Shown piece by piece: positions 57,632 to 64,000 of a stretch of DNA of 64,000 nucleotides. The stretch's first letter is position 1. Each line of letters opens with the position of its first letter. The notes beneath the pieces were generated by a model, which saw nothing but the letters and a program-made list of their open reading frames with translations, made no database searches and was not told the DNA's origin. Source of the DNA: Carpediemonas membranifera BICM (taxonomy: Eukaryota; Protista; Fornicata); assembly GCA_019828565.1 (NCBI GenBank), contig JAHDYR010000025.1, forward strand, positions 62,001 to 126,000, in the 5' to 3' direction. Both the position numbers and the translations under genes were made by a program.

Positions 57632-58474
57632 TTAATGATAGCGAGGAAGAGCACCTCTCTGGGAGTGGAAAGGAGATTGCTCTATCTGATCTGAAGTTGC
57701 ATCGAAGGTGCACCAATGGATGTTCTCGCTGGCGCTCTTATCTCGGTGAGAGAGATTGAGAAGTATGTCTCTCTGCTCGGGATGCCGACGTAGCCGTTCA
57801 ACGCGCCATGGAGCTCCCTCGCACGCGGGATTCTGGCAGAGCATGGTGCGGTGTGTGTGCACCACACGTCTGAAGTGTGCTTTGCAGTATGGGCACACGA
57901 TGGAAGTGCGGAATTCGGAGACCATCGTGACAGTCACGACGACGTTGTGCCGGAGCATTATGCCAGGAAGTGCTCGAGCAAAGTGGCGGTACGGAGCACA
58001 GGAGGGAGTGCCGGCAGAACCGAACAGTGCAGCCCCATACGCGACTTCGAGGTGAATGGGCTCCGAGGGGCGCCCGCCGAGATCATCCAGGAGTTGACGT
58101 CCAGCCCGGGCGAAGTGCTTCTGGCGCAGACAGTGATTGGCAAAAGTCGCACGGCGGAAACACTTTCTCGTCCCCTCGTTGATGATCTGAACGATGTTCT
58201 CATGGACAAACCTAATCGACTGTTTGAGAGCCTCTAGACTTGTCGTTTTGAACGATGCTGCGCTCATATTCACGCGGAAAGAGGGGGTGGCAGTGTAGCC
58301 ACACTTAGCGAGTACGCCAGATACACTCTGCCCGTCTGGGCGGCGGATCGTGTAGCCGCCCAGCGACCGAGCACCAGGGTCGAAGCCCATGAGAGCTTGA
58401 ATGTCCGGGGCAGGAGTAGCCTCGGCGTCATCCTGACCGAGCCGAGCCCGCTTGTTATTGTTAAGCTTATCCAT
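57632..58474 (-). CDS. Fanzor/TnpB-like RuvC nuclease, N-terminally minimal (280 aa)
   Basis: GFDPG (RuvC-I), VAYGAALF, VSEFRTSIVCPYC (RuvC-II and Zn finger), LCQNPAC, HRDKSASENI (RuvC-III). Confidence 0.85.
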   Translation of the reverse strand: MDKLNNNKRARLGQDDAEATPAPDIQALMGFDPGARSLGGYTIRRPDGQSVSGVLAKCGYTATPSFRVNMSAASFKTTSLEALKQSIRFVHENIVQIINEGTRKCFRRATFANHCLRQKHFARAGRQLLDDLGGRPSEPIHLEVAYGAALFGSAGTPSCAPYRHFARALPGIMLRHNVVVTVTMVSEFRTSIVCPYCKAHFRRVVHTHRTMLCQNPACEGAPWRVERLRRHPEQRDILLNLSHRDKSASENIHWCTFDATSDQIEQSPFHSQRGALPRYH

Positions 58475-58912
58475 TTGTGCCGCGCAGGATTAGTTGTTGA
58501 GTCTAAAGGCTGAACCTGTTTAGTCCCCTGGAGTTCATCCCGGGGGGTTGACAGCCTAAGCCTTCTTCACATGAACCATCTAAATACCCATAGTGAATAC
58601 CACAGTGTATAAGAGCCGACGATGAACACCATTACCAGCATATACAAGTGTAGAAGTGAATTTAATGTGGAATAGAAGACAATGAGACGACGTGTGAGCG
58701 ATTGTGATGTTTGCTGTGCTGACGTCCACGAAGAAGACGCTTTGTGGAAGCCCTGGAGAAGACGATCTCCCTACCGACTTAAGACGTGAGTAGGAGGGAG
58801 ACAGGGCAGTGTTGCGCAGTATAAACACATTGTTTGACCCTTCAATAGCACATCCATTGTGTGGCAAAACTGCACAACAAACCAATTTTCGGCAGTACCA
58901 GACACCAAGCGC

Positions 58913-61900
58913 ATGGTAAAGGTACATGTGGGTGGCCATAAGATCAAAGTTGGACCATCCATCAAGGGGCGCCGAAATGGAGGCGGTACGGCCGATTCTC
59001 CCAATGCAGGCAGCCACCTTTCGCTCGGAGGAGCTTCCCTTCCTCCGATGCCGCCCCCAGAAGAACTTAGAGCCAAAATGGAAAACATCTTAGACCTCAT
59101 GAACATCACAGGCCCCCAGAGGCAGATCATGCACAACATGCCTGACGAGAAGAAGTGGGAGCTCATTGTCCGTCAGCAAGAGGCGCTTGCCATTGAGCAG
59201 GAGCGCCGTGAACAAGGTAACGTCAGAGATGATCCGAAGTCCTTCATCGCCATCTTGAACTCCGAGCCGACGCTCGACAACATCCAGTCCCTCCGAATCA
59301 ACCTCAATTCAAAGACCCTCGACTGGGTCAAGGAGTTCATCGAGACAGACGGCCTCACCGTGCTGTTCAGAGTCCTCCGCGAGCTTGAGATGAAGCAGGA
59401 CCGCACCACAGAGGACGACGAGTGCGTGTTCGAGTGCATCCTGTGCGTCCGGGCCGTGATGAACAACCACAGCGGCCTGCTCGCCGTCATGGACCGCCCC
59501 AACGCCATCAGGGACCTGGGCCTGAACATCGACTCCGCGAACAACAAGACGGCCGAGCGTGTCATAGAGTTGCTCTCCGTGATCAGCATGCTCCCCAACG
59601 GCCACAAGCTGGTGATGGACGCCCTGTCACACTACCAGCTCATCCGGCGGACCCGCTCCCGCTTCGAGCCGATCATCAAGGTGCTCAAGGAATCACCCGT
59701 CGAGGCCAGGGCCGCGGCGATGATGCTCATCAACTCGATCGTCAACGCGCCCGACGACCTCTACCGTCGTATCACGCTCTTCACGGAGTTCACCAACCTC
59801 GGCCTCGATGAAGTCGTCAAAATCGGGTGCTCCTCCCAGTCGAACAGCCTCCGCATGCAGTGTGAGATCTACACCGACGCCCGGGACGGCGATAGGGAGG
59901 AGGCCGAGGAGCTCGATGACCTGGACATCGACCTCTCCTCGCCAAAGGCCATCACAGAGTCCATGATGCGTCGACTCGACGGAGAGGCCGGTTACGAAAG
60001 CATGGTCGCCGTCCTCCGCGAGTTGCTCCTCACGACGAACAAGCTGCTCGGTTCCGCGTCCGACGACGCCTGGTCAATGATCCAGAACATCGTGCACGCC
60101 CTGTACCTCCGCAAGGACGAGGAGGCCCACCTCATGGACTTCGGGCAGGGCTTCGACGAGACTGGCTTCCACGACGTCACTCTCGAGCGGCACAATGCCG
60201 AGCAGAAGGCGCGCATTGCCGAGCTTGAGCAGGACATGGATGACCTGCAAGCTCTCGTGCTGCCAGGCCCGGACGGCGAGGACGTCACGGCCAAGCTCTT
60301 CGAGTTCAAGGCCCAGATCGAGCAGCTGACCAAGGCTCTGGACGACAAGGAGGCGAGCGTCGTCAAGGAACGGACTTCATTCAAGGACACCATCGAGCGC
60401 CTCAAGGGCGACAAGACCTCCTTGAACGAGACCATCGAGGACCTCAAGCTCAAGGTCGAGCAGCGCGACAGGGAAGTCGCTAGCATCAAGGAGGCCCTCC
60501 AGGCAGCCAAGGATGAGACCACCAAAGCCCGTGAGCAGGCCGCCCTCGCTCCCCCACTCCCGCCGCCCCCCGGGCCCATGGGATCGAACGCGCCACCACC
60601 TCCGCCCATGGCAGGTGCCCCCGTGGCATGCTCCTCGGCGCCCCCGCCCCCGCCGATGGCCGGGGCCCCCGTCCCAGTGTCGTTGTCCGCTCCCCCGCCG
60701 CCCCCCATGGGAGGTGCCCCGATCAAGTCCAACGCGCCCCCTCCACCCCCCAATGATGGGCGCCCCCGTTAAGTCGAATGCCCCACCGCCGCCCCCGATG
60801 ATGGGTGCTCCCGTCAAGGCTGCTGGCGGCCCCCCACCCCCACCCCCCGATGGCTGGCGCGCCCGTCAGTGGCGGACCACCTCCCCCGCCTATGCCTGGG
60901 GCCAAGGGACCCCCGCCACCGCCCATGCCTGGCATGAAGGGCCCCGGAGGCCCTCCCCCGCCTCCGATGCCCGGAATGAAGGGACCTCCGCCTCCCCCGA
61001 TGATGCCCGGGGCTCGCGGTCCCCCGCCCCCGCCTGGTATGCCCGGCAGAGGCCCGCCTCCTCCGCCTGGCATGCCGATGCCGATGGCACAGCAGGCAAA
61101 CCCTTGGGCCAAGCCGAACGAGAAGCCGCCCAAGAAGACGAAGCCGCTCCACTGGGGCAAGATCCCCGAGAGGATGATCGAGAAGACGGTGTGGAAGGAC
61201 CTCGGCAAGACCGACCTCCCCATCGAGGATGAGTTCCTCGAGAACTTCGTGTCGGCCCCGCCCAAGCCGAAGCCCGCGTCCGCCGCCGGGCCGAAGAAGG
61301 CCGCCCCCAAGGTCATCAGCCTGCTCGAGGCGAACCGCGCGAGGAACGTCGCGATCGTCATGGCCCAGCTGCGCCAGTCACACCAGGAGACGCGCCAGGC
61401 GCTGATCGAGCTCGACGGCAACGTCATCAGCGGTGACACGTGCAAGGCCTTCCTCGAGCACGCACCCACCGAGGAGGAGCTCGACACGATCCGGGACTAC
61501 GACGGCGACGTGGCGATGCTGGGCAAGCCCGAGCAATTCTTCCTCGTCATCCAGGACGTGCCGCACCTTAAACTGCGGCTGAAGACGATGGCACTCATGG
61601 CCTTCTTTGACGGCCGTGTGAGCGACGTCCGGCCGCAGGTGCAGACGCTCATCGACTGCTTCAAGGGTCTGAATGACTCGGCCAAGTTCAAGATGACGCT
61701 GCGGATCATGCTGTCGCTCGGCAACAGGATCAACGGCGGGTCGAAGAACGGTGGCGCCTGGGGCTTCGAGCTCGCGTCCCTCGGCAAGATTGCGTCGTCC
61801 CGGGGCGCTGATAAGCGCACCATGATGCACACCGTGGCCAAGATCGCCGCCCGGATGGACGACCAGAAGACGGTCGAGCCGGCTTCAGACTGGGCCTACC

Positions 61901-62796
61901 GCATCGAGCAGGAGCGGCCTCTTCTGAACCTCGTGGACGACCTCAAGGCTGTCATCGATGCGACGCGGGTGTCTGCTGAGCAGGCTGCCAAGGAGATCAC
62001 GGCGCTCGACCGCGAGGTTGCTAGCGCCGGTATGGCGATCAAGTCGTTCGAGAACTCCACGCCTGTCGAGGGCGACAAGTTCGTTGAGAAGGTGACGAAG
62101 TTCGTCAAGGACGCACAGGGAGAGATTGACATGCTTAAGAAGCTCAACGGCGACTGGGAGAAGCTCTACGACAAGTTCGTCGAGGCCTACGGCATGAACC
62201 TCAACAAGACATCGCCCGAGGAGATCATCGAGATGATGGCTACTTTCCTCAAGACCTACGAGAAGTGCATGCAGGAGAACGCCGCTGACATCGCCAAGCT
62301 GGCCGCCGAAGAGAAGAAGAAGGCCAAGCTCGAGGCCGCGCAGAAGCGCAAGGACGCGCTCAAGGCCGCGAGGGAGGCGAAGGAGGCCGCCAAGAACAAG
62401 CCGAAGGTGCCCGACGCCGTGGCGACAGTCACCGAGGTCAAGCCGAGCGACCCGATCGAGCCCGCCGCCAGACCAGCCGACGTCGTTGAGGGCGAGGAGC
62501 CTGCCGCTCCAGCGGAAGACACGCCCAAGCCTGCGCTCGACCCGATCGAGGAGTCGCCCGACCCGATCCCCGCGGGCACGATCCCACCGACCCCGGCCAG
62601 CGAAGACATGCCGCCGCCCAGCGCCTCGATCAAGCCGATGCACGCGGTCAAGCCGTCCTTCAGCGATATCGCCAACTCCGCCGCGGCAGACCAGAAGGGC
62701 CTGCTCGACGACCTCATCGGCAGCCTCAGAGACGGTGAAGCCTTCAAGACGATCCGCCCCCGCCGCAACAGGGCGCGGAAGTCGCCGATGTTCTAA
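58913..62796 (+). CDS. Diaphanous-related formin (GBD/FH3-FH1-FH2-DAD); frameshifts in FH1 C-runs at about 60750-60850 are likely errors
   Basis: PDEKKWEL, WVKEF, polyproline repeats, KPLHWGKI, LSLGNRING..AWGF, LLDDLIGSLRDGEAF. Confidence 0.93.
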
Positions 62797-63094
62797 GCCC
62801 CTTGTCAAGTGTATGTGTAAATCTTATCAGGACGGCCTGAAGCGTGCCGCGTGTCGAATACTTGGAGCAGGACGGCTGTTACAAGAATGAGGATGCTTGT
62901 GGCGAACAGGGGAATGGCGCTAGTTGCCGAAGGTTTCCGAAGGTTTAATGGGCTAAGCCCGAAGAATCCGCACTATTTACATGTTAATGAATGAAAAATC
63001 CGCTATTACGCCGGGGGAGGCAAGTCCAAGGCGGCAGGAGCTTCGTCAGGTGAGGGATGCTCCCGGAGGGACCGCGCGCGCAGTGCGGCAGCCG

Positions 63095-63760
63095 TCATCC
63101 GAGCCATCTCGTTCTGCAATGCCCTACCAGAGTAGTTGTACTTGCGGAAGCTCCTAATGGCGTTCTTGGCGCGTTCGATGAACTCGGTCTTATCATCGTC
63201 GGGCCAGGCGAAGAACCTAAAGCGCCCATGCTTATGCCCACATATACGCCCCCTGTCAATGTTAGCTCGTAGACGATGCCAGCGCCGCGCCTCGCAAGGC
63301 TGGGCGTGTGGGCTTGGAGGTCATCAGAGGAAGGAATGAGGATGTCGGAGCTGGGGTCATCCCCCATAATCTCTTCGTAAATCGCCTCACCCCTGGCCCC
63401 GAGGGCGGCAAGCTCTGCTTCACTTGTCTTGGCCCGCAGTTTGGTCCACGAGATCTTGATTCTGTCGCGGTTTTTGAATATGGGCCGAAGGCTCTCCTCC
63501 ATCTCTTCCCAATGGCCATCTAACTTCTTGTGCTTGGTAGATTCCGCATCACCGTGGATAATAGTCAGAAGTTCGACTCGCTTGAGCCCAATGAACGCAA
63601 TGAGGCAATCTTCGATGCCACCTTTCTTGAAACAAATCCTCTTGCGCCTGTTGGGCTTCTGCCTCCGCTTTCTAACCGCTTTCTTCGTCATTGCAACCTC
63701 CGATAACGCACGCCGGAGACCAATCAGACTCCCAATCACATATTTTTGTGTACCGTGCAC
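63095..63760 (-). CDS. Hypothetical protein
   Basis: 221-aa ORF with basic N-terminus; 3' end uncertain. Confidence 0.45.
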   Translation of the reverse strand: MHGTQKYVIGSLIGLRRALSEVAMTKKAVRKRRQKPNRRKRICFKKGGIEDCLIAFIGLKRVELLTIIHGDAESTKHKKLDGHWEEMEESLRPIFKNRDRIKISWTKLRAKTSEAELAALGARGEAIYEEIMGDDPSSDILIPSSDDLQAHTPSLARRGAGIVYELTLTGGVYVGISMGALGSSPGPTMIRPSSSNAPRTPLGASASTTTLVGHCRTRWLG

Positions 63761-63789
63761 CGTTTATATTAGCCGAATAATGACCGAAT

Positions 63790-64000
63790 CTACTGCTCCT
63801 TCGCCATGTACACTGTCGCCGGGTCAACCCCATTAGCCTCCAGGATCTTGCTAGCCGCCTCCCGGGCCTGCTGCCTGAGCCTCTTCCTCTCGCCCTCCTC
63901 TATGAACGCCACCTCGAACCCGTAGTCCGCGACCCTGGCGAGGTCTGCGAGAGTCAACCCGCATTGCTCGTGGACCAGCATGTACTCGTGGGTCAACGTG
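63790..64000 (-). CDS. C-terminus of adenosine deaminase-family protein (partial)
   Basis: TLTHEY...GLTLADL...AFIEEGERKRL is typical of the ADA C-terminal helices. Confidence 0.65.
   Translation of the reverse strand, partial: TLTHEYMLVHEQCGLTLADLARVADYGFEVAFIEEGERKRLRQQAREAASKILEANGVDPATVYMAKEQ

Noticed and set aside
60540-61080. Two separate formin genes or programmed frameshifting
   Set aside because: Breaks fall in C-homopolymers of the FH1 region, so sequencing error is more likely.
50870-62890. Many long antisense and alternate-frame ORFs over host genes
   Set aside because: Expected shadows of GC3-rich coding sequence.
63230-63290. GIY-YIG motif (GIVYELTLTGGVYVG)
   Set aside because: Downstream catalytic Arg/Glu are not evident and another frame looks equally coding.

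Overview
Eukaryotic, gene-dense, GC-rich protist-like DNA with very short (~30-65 nt) GT-AG introns; a free-living metamonad-type genome is a guess only. Positions ~1-45150 are a nest of mobile elements. Positions ~45170-64000 are ordinary host genes (IQ coiled-coil protein, Skp1, SF-assemblin-like protein, P4-ATPase, ABCA transporter, formin, adenosine deaminase) plus one RuvC-only Fanzor/TnpB ORF. Main discovery: two related large DNA transposons. Each has a divergent RAG1/Transib/Chapaev-like DDE transposase and carries chromatin or protein-modification cargo genes (SET, GNAT, OTU-like, caspase/CHAT-like, PHD-like zinc fingers). One copy is complete at 22565-41000, with 18-bp TIRs CTGTCTGGAGGGGGTGTA and a 4-bp TSD CATG; it splits a DIRS-type reverse transcriptase that can be rejoined exactly. 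The other is folded into a giant palindrome (1616-6361 / 6460-13093). Also present are three Ty3/gypsy elements with tiny LTRs (66-84 bp; the two visible 5' LTRs are followed by a palindrome where a tRNA PBS is expected), two 5'-truncated (TTTC)n-tailed retroposon copies with 15-bp TSDs, and a Maelstrom-like exonuclease ORF. All protein family calls are from motifs recognised by eye; no searches were run. Many frameshifts fall in homopolymers and may be assembly errors.
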